DNA from: Lama guanicoe | Lineage: Eukaryota | Assembly: GCA_013239625.1 (NCBI GenBank) | Contig: MU056050.1 | Location: forward strand, 1,908,084 to 1,972,083 | Reading direction: 5' to 3' | DNA length: 64,000 nucleotides | In this document: positions 12,864-26,300 of the stretch, one piece after another | How positions within the stretch are numbered: position 1 is the first letter of the stretch | Layout: each line of letters opens with the position of its first letter | Made by a program: the position numbers and the translations under genes | Notes under the pieces: generated by a model | Seen by the model: the letters and a program-made list of their open reading frames with translations, nothing else | Databases searched by the model: none | What the model was told of the DNA's origin: nothing

Positions 12864-13341
12864 CAGTAGGCAGAATAGTGGTCCCCAAAGATTTCCAAGT
12901 CCTAATACCTAGATGCTATGAATGTGTTACTTCACATGTTAAAAAGGACGAGAAATGAGGAAAGTGTCCTGAATTATCTGGATGGACTCAATGTAATCAC
13001 AAGGGTCCTTATATGTGAAAGAGAGAGGCAGGAGAGTCAGTCAGAGAAGGAGATGCGATGATGCCAGCAGAGGTGGCAGTAATGTGATTGCTGGCTTTAA
13101 AGATGGAAAGTGCTCATGAGCCAAAAAATGCAGGCAACTTCTAGAAACTAGAAAAGGCAAGGGAATGGGTGTTCCCCTGGAGCCTCCAAAACAAATACAA
13201 CCCCTGCTGACACTTTGACTTGAGCTCGGCAAGACCTCCTTGGAACTTACCACCTCCAAAACTGCAAGACCATAAATCTGTGCCGTTTACAGCCATGAAG
13301 TTGGTGGTCTTTGGGTACAGTAGCAACAGGAAATTAATACA
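12864..13341 (+). mobile_element. MaLR solo LTR (MLT1D-like)
   Basis: 'aggcagaatagtggtccccaaagat..gtaatcacaagggtcctta..gagcctcca..acagtagcaacaggaaattaataca' follows the MLT1 layout. Confidence 0.88.
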
Positions 13342-14859
13342 GGAAATTAATTAATATTAATATTAATTAATACAATTAATACATCTAATAAATGCTATCC
13401 AAAGGGGCATGACCAATTCGGGGTTTATGCGGTCCAATATTCATCCCCTGGAGGCCCACAGGTGGGAAAGGACAAGAACAGGCACCAAAGGTGACATCTT
13501 AGGACTGAAGGATCCATATATTAGGAACCAGGATCCCATTGTGACTGGGAACTAAAAGTACAAATTTAGGTAGTATTAATAACAATCATGATAACAATGA
13601 AAGCCCCTACCAGCTGTTCCAGGCTTCATGCTAGCACTTGACCATTTATTTTTATCATCATTAGAAGCCTATAAAAATATGTTTTCATTATTCCCTATTT
13701 TACATAACCTCGTTTTACAGATGAGAAAACTAAGTTCAAGGGACGGGGTGGCAAGAACCAGAGAGAGACTCAGGGGCCTGTGAAAGTAGGCTGAAAATCA
13801 GGGCAAGGCTCTAGTTTCAGCAGGGAACTGTAGTACTTAATAGAAAACTGAGAGAAAAACCCAGCGGAGCATCTTAAGCGTGGGAGGAAAGAAGTGCTAC
13901 AATTCCGCAGCCATGCATGCGCCCAGGACGCACGTCAAATGTGCTGGCTGTCCAGGTATGTAAGGCAGCCTGAGGTATTCTAGACCTTTCCTGTTGGTGG
14001 GGATAAATAGAGTTGGCAGTAGGCAAAGCCTGCTCATCTTCAGGCATTTCAGGCTGTCGGGCCTGCAGAGGATTACTATGTTATCAGTCATCTCAGGAGC
14101 TAACTCTCTGACAATAAACTCAGGATACTCCGCCAAGTGCCTCATGTCTTGTTGGATTTCCCAAAATGGACTCTGTGCTCCAGGCAAATCAACTCCTTTG
14201 CCTTCCTTAAGGATTTGCACCCAGAAACAAGTAAAATATTCTCTAGAGAGCATAGAAGTTCTGGAAGAAAATCTCTAGTGGGTAATGGAGAACTGTTCTC
14301 ATAGACCACCAAACCATTTCCACTGAGTTTTTGCTCCTTCCTAAGTTTTTTCTTCCTTTCGTTCCCTTTGAGAACCAATTCTCGTCCCCAGGGGAAGTGT
14401 GTCATCTCATTTAAAAATTAAAACCAAAGCCAAAGCCACAAAAAAAAAAAAAAGGAAAACTCAAGCTAAATCTTTTCCAAACCTGCCTCACCCACACACA
14501 ATCCTTCTCTGACTTTCAGCCTGAGGGCCGTGATCTAATTTCAAGCTGCAGGGAAGGCTGCACTGACAGGCCTCCCTGAGCCCCAAACAGATCTAGCCTT
14601 CCTGACTCCTCTCAACACCACCATCCACCTCAGGGGCATTCTGTGATGACCCATGCAGTGCTTCCTCCCTCACACTGCAAAGGAGTCTTGTAAAAGTTTT
14701 CCCATTATAATTTGACAAAACAACAATTCCATAGCCATGTAATCCCCAAACATGTGAAAGAGAGTTAGCACTAATTCTAAAAAGCCTTTCTCGATCCTCA
14801 AAAGCTGGGTCAAATGTCCCTCAGGGCTCCCAGCACCCAGAGGGGCCTCAAATGAGACA

Positions 14860-15176
14860 ATGCATAGTCACAGAGATATACTGCAAGTCTGAAGAAAACA
14901 AAATTCTTCACAGAACTTTCAACAGTAGCTAATTACCAGACTATACTGCCTGTGGTGTACTGCGAAATAATAAATTCATAAATTCTGTGTAATTATCTTA
15001 TGAATAGCATAATTATATTATATTGTATTCTTTGTGTATATAAAAAGGATTCATTTGTTAAATTTAAATCAACATTTTAAATCCTGTTTTGGCATTTCTT
15101 TTTTTTTTTTTTAATATACAAGGTACCTCAAAACAGGCAAGACGCTTAGGTCTCTCTCAGCCTCTAAGGGACCCTG
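14860..15176. mobile_element. possible hAT DNA transposon fragment
   Basis: AT-rich interior ending in a GC-richer terminal-like 'ggcaagacgcttaggtctc..gggaccctg'; family not confidently recognised. Confidence 0.3.
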
Positions 15177-15224
15177 GCAGCATTTACCTCTCTGAACTGT
15201 AGAAGCATGTCTACTCACCTAACT

Positions 15225-15392
15225 GCCTCAAACCTGGTTGCCCTTTAAAGTCACCTGAGCAACTCTGAAAACCACTGTGACTGGGCCCCACATTCACCAA
15301 CTGAAATTAAAATGCTGGGGAAGGCACCGGCAGCCTACGTGTGAAATGTCCCCCAGGTGATCTGACCCACAATGAGGGCCTAGAAGCACTGG
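15225..15392. mobile_element. MER5-like DNA transposon
   Basis: 'ctcaaacctggttgc..gtcacctgag..gggccccac..tccccaggtgatctga..agaagcactgg'. Confidence 0.7.
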
Positions 15393-15583
15393 CACAGACT
15401 GGGAACTTCTTTTAAGAAGGGGGCCAAATCTGTCCCATTCTTGGCTCTAGCCATTAGGCATTCAGGAAATGTTTGCCAAGTGAATAAATGGTCCTTCTCT
15501 CCATGCTTCTCTGCCCATGTTTTTCTTTAATTTCCTTTGACAAGTCATCCCCTCTGTCAGGCACTTTCTGTTCTTCCTCAAGT

Positions 15584-15763
15584 CAGTGTTCCCCTAACTT
15601 GGCTGTGTTTCCAAATCACTTGGGAAGTTTGTTAAAAATCCACATTCCCAGACTCCACTCCAGACCACTGAATCATAACCTCTGAAGTGGAACCCAGGAA
15701 TTTGTACTTTTTTTTTTAGTACTCCTGATGATTCTGACGGGCAGCGTCCTTTGGAAATCACTG
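15584..15763. mobile_element. near full-length MER5A/B DNA transposon with terminal inverted repeats
   Basis: Begins cagtgttccc and ends ggaaatcactg (imperfect TIRs); internal 'actgaatcataacctctg..cccaggaatttgtac'. Confidence 0.85.
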
Positions 15764-17729
15764 CCATTCTGTATGTCAATTATCACTCACAAAGGATACT
15801 TCCTTTCAGTCTAAAGCCTTTCTGAATTGATCCTACTTTGCTCTAATTCATTTTGCAACTATTTTGCTATAGGTGTTTGAATTTGTGTGAGGAGGTGGGA
15901 GGGAGAAAAGAATTTTTCCACATAAATTTAAATCCTAATGGTAGGTATGAAATAGGTTTTCTATTTCATTTGTATGAACTACCTATCTACCCCCACCATC
16001 CAGCCCACTATGAGGCCTTTAGAAATGCTAGTGACAAATAGACCTAAAAATTCATTAGTTGGTAGTGTTCAAGCTTGTTCCCCAGTACCCTCAGCCCTTT
16101 TTGTTCTATCGAACTTGGGAAATTCGTATGTTTATGCCTGAGATTAAACCAGGCTCACCAGCTTTTTTTTTCCCTAAATTTCTGGTTTATTTTTAAACTA
16201 TTTTTTTCTTCTCTTTTGTGCTAAGATTAAACACCTCTGATAAATCTTGACTACCACTCAAAACAGTGGCAACAGACTGCATGCAATTTTCTTCTAACTC
16301 CCTAACAGAACTCCTTCGGTCCCCTGCATTACTTTCATGGGTTTGTTTATTTATTTTATCTCCTAACCCCTTTATCCCTAAGGACAGAGGTTGCTTTTCC
16401 AGAGATTTTCCTTTGCTGGGCCCCCTAGAAGGCAGTCGTTATCACCAAGGCTAATGAGTACCTAATTTTTATACTTTCACACTTTTACTAATTATCACAA
16501 CAAACACATATTTAGAAAAAACAAGAACAGGCTCAGGCCTGTGATTAAATGGCTACCCAAGGAATAGGATTTATAGCCTCTTGACTATGTAGAATGGAGT
16601 ACCAGGCTGGGTTCCTTCCTCAAGAAACTCTCTCCATGCACTCAATGCTATCTAAAATTCTACCATTGTGGACTTATTCGTCTGATTTAATGGTATCTAT
16701 GGTCTTTTTTTTTTAATTATGGGGGTGTGATTATATAATCAGTCACTTGCAACTTATTAGAGAATGAATATATCAGCAATTGTGGTCTATAATCAAGGGA
16801 GTAAGATGAGACCAGGAAAATATGAGATTATCTAGGATTTAGGAAGAGGAAGAATAGGGTGCAAGGCTACAGAAAAGGTACATAAATAGAAGTTGTGTTC
16901 CAGAGACAACTTTACTTCCTTTTTCATTTTGAGTAGGCTGAGTCCCCATAAAATCTTTAGGTTAACAGTCAAAACTAGTTTTGCCTTCAGATGCCAACCC
17001 TTGTCACCAACACTTCAATCAGTAGCTGTACTGTTATATTTCCCTACCTTTTGAAGCACAGGAGTCCCACCCACTCTTGAGAACTCTTGTCTATGAGGAC
17101 AGATGTTGAGAAGGGATGTAAACTAGATGCTACAATTGCTTTTCTCCCGCTAAGTACTTCACTACTCAGTTCCCGCTTCCACACCAGCAAGGCATACAAC
17201 CACATAAGGTTCATGAAACAAAGAGGGGAGTCACAAAAGTACATGCTCTCTACCTCCCATCCGACTGTTCAATACTTAAAACTGAGAAACAATTCATTTG
17301 CCTCTCCTTCTCAAGAAAATATGTAGATTTCTTGCCATGGGTCATTAGAGACATCATCTTACAACTGCTTCAAAATACTGTACCAGGCTTGAAAGGAGCC
17401 CTTGACCATCAGGGAAATCTTCTCTGCTGATTAGCTTTCCAGTCCCATACAGAACCAGGCTAAGCCATTCTACTGACTGCCCAGTCCTAGACCCGCAACA
17501 CTGCACACAGCCTTGTAGGCAAGCAGGGTAAGAAGAGTCTATTTCTTGGCACTAAGTATGTTATCCCAAATTTAATATAAAACTTCATAAATTTAGATCA
17601 ATTCAGGAGACGTCTTTCGGGAATTTGTGAAAAGTCTAAATAACAGAATCTCTCAAAGCTAGACGGAGTTTTGGAAATCATCTACTCCAGTGATTTTCAA
17701 ACTTCAGACTCTATAAATCGATCAATTGA

Positions 17730-17752
17730 TGTATATACATACATACATACAT

Positions 17753-17788
<36 letters not shown>

Positions 17789-17806
17789 GGAGAGAGAGAG
17801 AGAGGA
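17730..17806. repeat. compound microsatellite (TACA)n(TA)n(TAGA)n(GA)n
   Basis: seen directly. Confidence 0.9.
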
Positions 17807-17884
17807 GTAATCTGAAAGACCTAGACCCCACTTACTCAGCTCCCTTTTCTCCCTCCCTTGGCAGCTCCTGAGGCATCATTATAC

Positions 17885-18170
17885 ATAATTTTAAGTTTTC
17901 TATCAGCCACACAGAAATGTAAAGCAAAAACAATTTTAAAAAGAGGAAAGTAAATTTAATAATATTCACTTAGTCTAATATATCCAAAATATTATCGTTT
18001 GAACATGTAATCAATGTAAAATTATTAATGAAATATTTTACATACTTTTTGTACTGAATCTTCAAAATCTAGTATGTACCTTATACGGAGAGCACATCTC
18101 AATTCAGACCAGCCCACAAGTTGCTCAAGAGCCAGAGTAGTTTGTGGCTTCCATATTGGCCAAGACAGGT
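17885..18170. mobile_element. MER33/MER3-like hAT-Charlie element
   Basis: 'atatatccaaaatattatc..catgtaatcaatgtaaaattattaatgaaatatttta..cacatctcaattcagaccagcc..catattggccaagacag'. Confidence 0.8.
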
Positions 18171-18179
18171 TTGCAGTGT

Positions 18180-20660
18180 ATCCTTTCAGATTTTTGTATA
18201 TATAATATATTTGTATATTTGTTGCTTCACATAAATGGAAACATACTATTCATACCTTCATAACTTTTTTCTCTTTACAACATGGACATTTATCCACATT
18301 AGCATTTATAAATTGTCCTAATCCTTTCAAACCACTGTACTGTCAATTACTGGTAGACTTGAGTATCTTTTCCTATGACTACTGGCTTGAGCTTCCTGTT
18401 TCCTTCCTTTGCTCATCTTCCCCTCTTCTTTTCCACTTGGGTTGATTTCTGCCTCTTACAACTGGAAGTATTCTGCCTGATGCAATCTGCAATAGTTCTT
18501 TAATATATTAAGAATACTACATTTTTGTCTGTCATAAATGTTGCAAATAGTTTTCCCTATTTGTTTCTCTTTCAGCATTATTATGTTGGCCTTTGATACA
18601 AAAAACATATATGTAGGGAAGGGTGTGTGTGTGTGTGTGTGTGTGTTTTAATAATGATTCAAATCATTTCTTTCATTTTTCCTCCCTGGCTTTGATTTCA
18701 TGCATAGAAAATCTTTATCAGCCTTCAGGATTATGTAAACATTCATTTACATTTTCTTCTAATACTATTATTTAAACATTTAATCCTTCTGGAAAATCTT
18801 TTTGTGAGTTGTCAGCAGATATATAATTTTTCACACGTTGCCATTTAATTGTCCCCAAATCCTTTACAAAATAATCCAGTCTCCTGAAATGCATTAATAT
18901 ATACTAGATCAGTAAGTTATTAGATAAATATTTATTAGTCTGTGGACCCTCTCTATTCAACTGCATTGATCTACCTGGCTGTTCCTATGCCAGTTGCACA
19001 CTTTAATTACTTTATTTTATAGGTTGTTTTGACATCTGGTAGGACAATTCCCCTCCCACACAATTAGTTTTTTTCCAATTGTCTTGGGTACATTATCTGT
19101 TTTACTTCTCAAGATAAACTAGAATTTAAATTTGTCAAATTTCCCAAAAATCTTTGAAATATTTTATTTGAAATTCATTTGGAATTATATGAGGATAACT
19201 GACATTTTAAAAACATTGAGTCTTTCCATCCAATTCCTCCCAAGGAATGTGAGAGTGTCCCTCCATTTATTCTTTGTGATCTAGTATATGTTAAATTGTT
19301 GTAAATTATCTATGGCTAGTCTAAAATATTGTGTATAGTACAAGTATATCTATATAAAACTGAACTTATTAATAATACTATTTAGATCTATTATTCTTTA
19401 TTTTTGTCTATTTGAACTACCAAAGTTTCAAGTGAAATGTTAAAATTTCCTACTGTAATTGCACATTTTTTAAATGTATTCCTGACTTTGCTGAATTGAT
19501 CGAGTGTACTGTGCTTTCATATCTCTCTAGTTATTTAGAAATGCTATTCTATAGGTCCACTGTACTAATAAGTTCTTTTACTTTTTAATAAAACATGTTT
19601 TTTAAGTGCAGAGAAATAAGACAAAAATAAAAAGAATCTCAGAATCTCCCCCACCTTAATAACCCATATTAATAATTTTTAAATAAAAGTAATACACAGT
19701 ATGTTTTGGAAATCAAATAGTATTGAAGGGCACAAAATGAAAATTGACAAGTCTCTCTCATCCAACCCTATACCTGGTAACTACAATTTCTTGTGATTCC
19801 TTCAATAAAAAATCCTATATGCCCACATATATATTTATTTACACATATTTTATGAGGTAATACTAAACCTTGCTTGCCTTTTTCAGTTAGCAATAGATCT
19901 CAGAACTTTTCTATATGTGCACTTTCAGAGCTACCTAATTCTTTCAACAATACATAGTATCTTTCCATATGAATCAATCAGTTTATTTAACCAGTTACCT
20001 AAGACTGTACATTTCAGCTGTTTTCACTTTTTTGTTATGTGCTGCCACACATGTACAAGCACACACATGCACACAAATGCTACAATGAACAATTAGCCTA
20101 ACATTTGTAAGAATCTTTCTTAAAATTTTGCCAAAAACCAATTTGTTGAATCAGAATCTAAAGCTGTTTGTTATAGCTGCTGTAAATTATTTTCCAGAAA
20201 GTTCGCATAAATTTGCTCTCTAATCAACAATGTGCAAATTGCTCATTTCCCAACATCTTCACCAACACTAGGTTTTAGCTAACATTTTAGTTTTTGCTGA
20301 TCTGATAAATAAAAAGGAACACTCAGGTTTTGAACTTTATTTCTTTGATTATGTATAATGTTGAGAATTATAACATATTTATTGGTCATTTTCATTTCTC
20401 TTCTTTGGTAAACTATATCTTCTATGCATTTCTATATTGGGTTGTTTATCACTGTCTTACTGATTCATACTTTTTGTAAATTAAGGAAATTAACCCATTA
20501 TCTGTCTTATATGTTATAAATGTTTTCCCAGTTTTCATTTATTCTATTTTTACTTTTGTTTGTTGTGTAATTTTAGTCACATAGAAGTTTTGATTTTTAT
20601 GTACTCAACAATATAAATCAATATATACTTTTGTTTCATGTCTTCTGAGTTTCTCTTTAC
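18180..20660 (-). mobile_element. cluster of ancient L1 (L1ME/L1M-type) fragments
   Basis: T-rich reverse-strand L1 motifs ('gttgcaaatagttttccc', 'gacattttaaaaacattgagtctttccatcca', 'catttcccaacatcttcaccaacac'); contains (GT)n at about 18622-18646. Confidence 0.75.
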
Positions 20661-21929
20661 ATTTCAAAACATTCATTTTTAACCTGTATCTCTTTATTAA
20701 TAGCAACATTTAAACATTATCTACTACCTCCTCACAACCTGATGAGTTGTTTAAAACCCATAATTTCCAAGACTATCTTTTCTGTTGTTTTATCCCTATC
20801 CCAGTTTTATGGGGAGAGCTGTTGGGTGGGTGTTATAATTCAATACTTAAGGTTTCAGCAGTGTTCTTTCTTCTATTTGCTGCCTCTACTGAGTCATTTT
20901 GTTTATTTTATATTAGTAATAGAGTTTTTAAATTCTAACTCATCCAGCAAATATTTACTGATTGCTTACTTCGTATCAAGCACTGCACAATGTAAAACTG
21001 AGATGGGGATAAAAAAGTTGAACAAAACCGATCTTATCACCGTTCTCATAGAAATGTATTTTAGCAGAATATGGGCAGGAGATAGAAGAAAAGTAAACAG
21101 AAAAATAAATAAAATGTTTGCAAAATTTACTAACTGCTAGGAAGAATAAAAATAAGGTACAAAGGTCAAGTTTAGCAGAGGGTAGGTGGTGGACCAGAGA
21201 AAGTAATTTTTATTCCCCAATTCTTCTCTGTCATGGCAGCTTGTTCTTATTTTATTGATGAAATAACCTCTCAGATGTCATTAAGAAACTAGATTGCAAT
21301 TTTCGCAAAGTTATTTCCTGTTTCCTACATTAACTCTGTTTTAGTGGGGCCAAATGTGCTGATTGTTCAGCTTAATCACCCTCTATCAAACTGTGGATTC
21401 TATCCATATGTCTAGTGATTCTTCCTTTTCTGTTCATATTCATAAAGCAAGTCACAAATTGATCAATATCAATGACTGGTGTGGATTTTGCAATGATCGT
21501 ATGGATCACAATTACCCTGGGTAAATTCCCCTCATCTTGGAGCAGGGGGCTCCAGAGGACTACGGCCAACAGTGAATGCTCTAAACAGCTGGTCAGAGGA
21601 CAGAGTTTTAGTGGCATTTTTGAAAACCATTTATTTGTTCCCCTGATACTCCTTAACAACTGCTCTGCCAGCTAAATCCTCTTTTGGCTTCTGCTGATAG
21701 GACTTTACAGCTGGCTATACTCTGCCAGTGTGGCAGTTGCCAATGGGGAGGAGGGAAGAAGTTACTGGAAAAGTCTACCCTGTTAGACAAGGGAGCAACT
21801 ACCCTCCATACACTAATTTGGGGCTACAAAAATACGGAGAGAAATATGCCAGATAGAGCTGACCACATCAGCAATGTCCACTCACGTTACCCTGAGCCCT
21901 GTTCACACCAAGGGAAACCTGGAGATTTA

Positions 21930-22125
21930 TGTGCTCAGAATATGAAGTCAGACAGCCTAGGTTCAAGACTTGATACTGCCAATTTCTAGTTGTCTGACCT
22001 TGAGCAAGTTACTTGACCTTTTGAGATATTATTTCCTCATTTTAAAGAAACAACCATAACAGTGCTTGACTCATAAGGTTGGGTATGTACATATCATAAG
22101 TGAGAAAATACATGTAAGTTACATT
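21930..22125 (+). mobile_element. MIR SINE
   Basis: 'gtcagacagcctaggttcaag..gaccttgagcaagttacttgacct..tttcctcatt'. Confidence 0.8.
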
Positions 22126-22779
22126 ACAATTCCCCAAGTCCCTTCATCCTCTTCCCTTGCTCCATGATCACTATGTCATTATCCAAGCTGAATGCTCGAC
22201 TCTCTAGATGACTATAGGTAACAGAAGCACACCAACCAGTCCTTACATGTTGTTTAGTCTTGTTGGACTTTCAAGGACTTTAAAAAGCTGGTTTTGCCAT
22301 GACAGTCTTTCCAGCTCAGGCTGAAAATGACATGTTTTATCCTGAGTTACTATTTCCCTCAAAGGCATGTTATTTGGCCCTTTTCTCCCTTGAAAAGTCA
22401 TAATAAATGTCAAATGTTCAGGGTTTCTATTTATCAAATCAGAATGCATGGCATAATCTTCACAGAATCTTTCTCTGTATTTATTTTCTTCTTCTCTCAG
22501 ATGAATCTAATTGCTGCTATATTTAAAGTTATCTAGCTAGCCAGTACTCTTAAAGTTTATCATCTGGTTGAATCAATAGAATATCTGATTTCTTCAACAT
22601 TTTGAATTATTTTTTAAAATTTTAAAGTCTTTAACTTTCCTTGTATTAAAACTTTGTTGTAGAAAATATTAGAAAATGTAAACAAAAAATTAAAAAAAAA
22701 GAAAAAAAGGAACCTATATTATTGGGAAGAGGAATGTTCCTCCCCTCTCCTAATGTTCCCTTTCATATGGAGGGGTCTG

Positions 22780-24160
22780 CATTATCAAAATAATCCTCAA
22801 AATATAGCTGATTGTCAAGTAAAATGTGACTAACCTACCAAATTTTTATGTTAAGAATAACGCCCCAAAATTACAGCAAAAAAAAAGAAAAAAGTTGGTA
22901 AAAGGTTAAATATTTACTTAAAAAAAAACTTGGTGATTTTACAAGTATATTATTTCATACATCCAAAGTGAAGATAATTCCTATGTTATTTAAATTGCTG
23001 CAAATCATTGGAAAGGATATAAAATGTTCTAATTCACTTTATAAACTAATAATAATCCCAACACTATGTGGTATTTTTACATCCCCTTAACACATATGAG
23101 AGGTCTGTGGCTTGAAAAGTAAAAGAAAAAAAAAAGCACCCCATGCCTAGCATAGTATCTGAAATAAAATAGACACTCAACAAATGATTGTCAAATGAAA
23201 ACACAAGAAAAAACTGAAAGATCAAATTCATTTATCATTATAAATGTAAAACTACTAAGTAAAGTTCTTTTAAATTCAATTAGTACATTACAAAAGAGTA
23301 GTACTTATTGCGAAGTTGGCCTTTTCCCAAGAATTCATCAATGATTTAAAATCTATATATTTCTTATCAATAATGTGCCATTTTGCTAATGTGTGATAAA
23401 TATATTTCAGTCTATCAATAGGTCAAAGAGGAAAAAAATTTGATAGAAATTCAACATCCAACCCTAAATAAAAGAAGCTCTTGATAAATACAGACTATGC
23501 ATATATTATCTCAACAGGATAAAAAATAATATATTTGACCATGAAAATCTAGAAGTATTGCCATAACAATAAGGATGAAGGCAATATGGACAATGTTACT
23601 ATCATCATATAATATTCTTTCAAGAAATTCTAGATATTGCAATGAGGTAGAGAGAAGTATTGGAAAAGAAGAAACAAAAACTTTATTATAGATACTACTG
23701 CTTACCTGGAAAGTCAACTGAAATTTTATTAGAACTATTAATAAAGTAGGATGGCTAGTTATAAAATGATTACTTAAAAATCTGTATCTTCCTTATATAC
23801 AAATGTAAAATGACCAGTTAGAAACTATCAAAAAGATATGATTAATAGTAGCAATGAACTTTGTAAAATTTACAGAATGAATGTTTTTTTTTAAAACTTC
23901 TTAAATTTATTCAGGGACTGAAAAGAAGATTTTACTAAATGGAGATCCATTCCATGTTCCTGAATGAAAAGACTCAGTAGCGTATAGATGTCAATTCATT
24001 CTCAAATTAAGTCTATAAGCTGAAGAAAATTCCAATTAAAATTCTCAATAAAATTCTTTTTGGAACTTGTTGCAGAATGATTATAATGTTTATCTGTAAA
24101 AATAAAGGGATAAAATTAGCCAATTTCTTTTTAAAAGGGGATCAATGAGATGTTTTATTA
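22780..24160 (+). mobile_element. ancient L1 ORF2 remnants (A-rich, no intact frame)
   Basis: 'tttgatagaaattcaacatcc', 'tattagaactattaataaag', 'aaatggagatccattccatgttcctgaatgaaaagactcag' match degraded L1 ORF2. Confidence 0.7.
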
Positions 24161-24364
24161 GATCCAAACCATTCATTCTTTCATTCATTTGGTCATTCAA
24201 TCATCAATGCAATATCACTCAGAATAAAGCAAGCAGAAATCCAGGACTTAGTTTAAAAAGAAAATACACTCCGGTATAATTTTCTGAGTTGAAGGGACAT
24301 TATGTCTACCCCTTACACAGTTTCCTTTTCTTCCTCCATGTTCATCCCTAGACCTGGATATAAA

Positions 24365-24515
24365 TCATTAATATTAGCCCCAATTTATAGATGAGAAAAC
24401 TGAGGGCGAGTGAAGTAATTTGCCTAAAGGCTATACAGCTATTAAAGGGCAAAACCTAGCTCTGAACTCAAGATACCTGGCTCTACTGCCTATAGTCTTC
24501 ACCACTACACTATAC
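24365..24515 (-). mobile_element. MIR SINE
   Basis: 'ccccaatttatagatgagaaaactgagg..aagtaatttgcctaa'. Confidence 0.8.
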
Positions 24516-24619
24516 TGTCTCTTAAAAAAGCTCTCTTGAAAAACACATGATCAGACTCATCTGGCACACAAACTTGAGCATGCTCATGATCAAGATTTTA
24601 CAACATTAAGTTCAATAAT

Positions 24620-24975
24620 TCAGTAAAATGTACAAAGTGTTTATTATATACCAGATACTATGCCCGACATTGGCCAAAAAAAAACAGACGGTAAGAAAAC
24701 ATCTTTGATTGAATAAGTATGATTCCTTATCTCATGGTTCTTAGAGTCTGCTAGAGGAAGATGTCTAGGGAAGCATTAAACATATAAACAAGCCCATATA
24801 TATATAAAAATTTATTGTGATGAGCACTTTGAAGGCAAAAAAAATAGGGTGCTATGAGAAAGAAAAATGGGTAAGGACACATGATTTAACTTGGAATGTC
24901 AAGGAAGACCCCTCTGAAGGAAGAATGTGTGAGCTAAGCCTGAGAATGAGTGAAGTTGAAGCGGGTACTGAGTGA
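24620..24975 (-). mobile_element. L2 3' fragment
   Basis: 'gtttattatataccagatactatgcc..gtcaaggaagacccctctgaaggaag..tgagctaagcctgag'. Confidence 0.6.
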
Positions 24976-25104
24976 GGAAAAGTTCTTTTCTGTGTAATCA
25001 AATATATCACTCCAACCTTTTTCAAGTGTGCCTTTGTTGTTTATTATCCCTTGACAGCCTTTCCTCACCTCAAGATGCTATAATGATTTGCCTGTTTTTT
25101 CTAG

Positions 25105-25340
25105 CAATAACAATATACAACATTTATATAGTTTTTACTATGCGCCAGACACACTTCTAATTGCTTTATGTGCATTAACTCACAATAACCCTACCAAATA
25201 AGTACTTTTATTATCCCCATTTTATAGATGAGGAACCTAAGGCATGAAGAGATTGGGTGACTTGGCCAAGGTCACAGAGCTAGTATCTGATGGAGTCAGA
25301 GTTTGAATTCAGGCATTCTTAACTTCAATCTATATGGTCT
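25105..25340 (-). mobile_element. near full-length MIR SINE
   Basis: 'attatccccatttatagatgaggaacctaaggc..gacttggccaaggtcacagagctagt..gtttgaattcaggca'. Confidence 0.88.
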
Positions 25341-25779
25341 TTAAAATGTTACTATTTAATTTTTACATTTAGATCTTGAATTTATTTCCAAATCTTTGGT
25401 ACATACTATGAAACTTTTTTTTCCTAAGTGGTTAGTCAATTGTCCCAACATCATTTGCTGAATAAGCATTCTTAATGCAAGCTTTAAGAAATACTAAATT
25501 CTTACATAATCTTGAACCGCTTTCTTTTCTTTTTATTATTCTCTTCAATCTGACTATCCTTGTACTAATATCACTCTGTCATGAAATTCTTATATCTTCT
25601 TTAAACAAAGCAAGATCTCAACTACGATTTTTTTCAACTTCATCTGAAATATCCTATTTTCCTACTATATAATAGTCATTCACTTTTATTATTAACACAA
25701 AACAACACTTTTATCCATGAGGGCTTGTAGTACAATCATTAGAATTCTGCTACTGACTACATGTTAAATGATGTTGCAG

Positions 25780-26300
25780 CATTAAACATGTTTTGAATAC
25801 CTACTCTGTTCTGAGCACTATACTAGGTGCTAGGAACCCAAATGAATAAGATGTATTCCCTGCCCTCAAAGGCGTTCATGTTCTAGAGAAGGGGATGGAG
25901 AAATAAATCAGACATGATGGTGCTACAGGCTGATAGGGGTAAGTGCAGAGTGCATCTAAACCAGATACGGAGAAAGGGTGCCAGGAAAATTTTCACAGAG
26001 ACACTAACTTGAGTTGAGTTTTAAATGGTACGTGGGAGTTGGCAGGATGAAAAAGGTGAGGAAAGGTCATTCCGGGCAGCAGAAACAGCTTGTGTGAAAG
26101 CCAGAGATACTCAAGGAATTGCCAGTGGTTTGGCCTGGCTGAAGCATGTGGTTTGTATTGGAAAATAGCAAGATATAAAGCTGGAGAAGTAGACAGAAGT
26201 CAATTCAAGAAGGGCTTTATATATAATAGTAAGATGCTTGAATTTTATTCTGAAAGTAATGGGAAGTTAAAGGGTTTTAAATAGAGAAGTGACATGATCT
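25780..26300 (-). mobile_element. L2 3' fragment
   Basis: 'tgaatacctactctgttctgagcactatactaggtgctagg..ccctgccctcaaagg..gaattttattctgaaagtaatgggaag..gagaagtgacatgatc'. Confidence 0.8.

Noticed and set aside
20742..21140. 132-aa plus-strand ORF
   Set aside because: Its second half runs through reverse-strand L2-like sequence, and its hydrophobic bias reflects T-richness.
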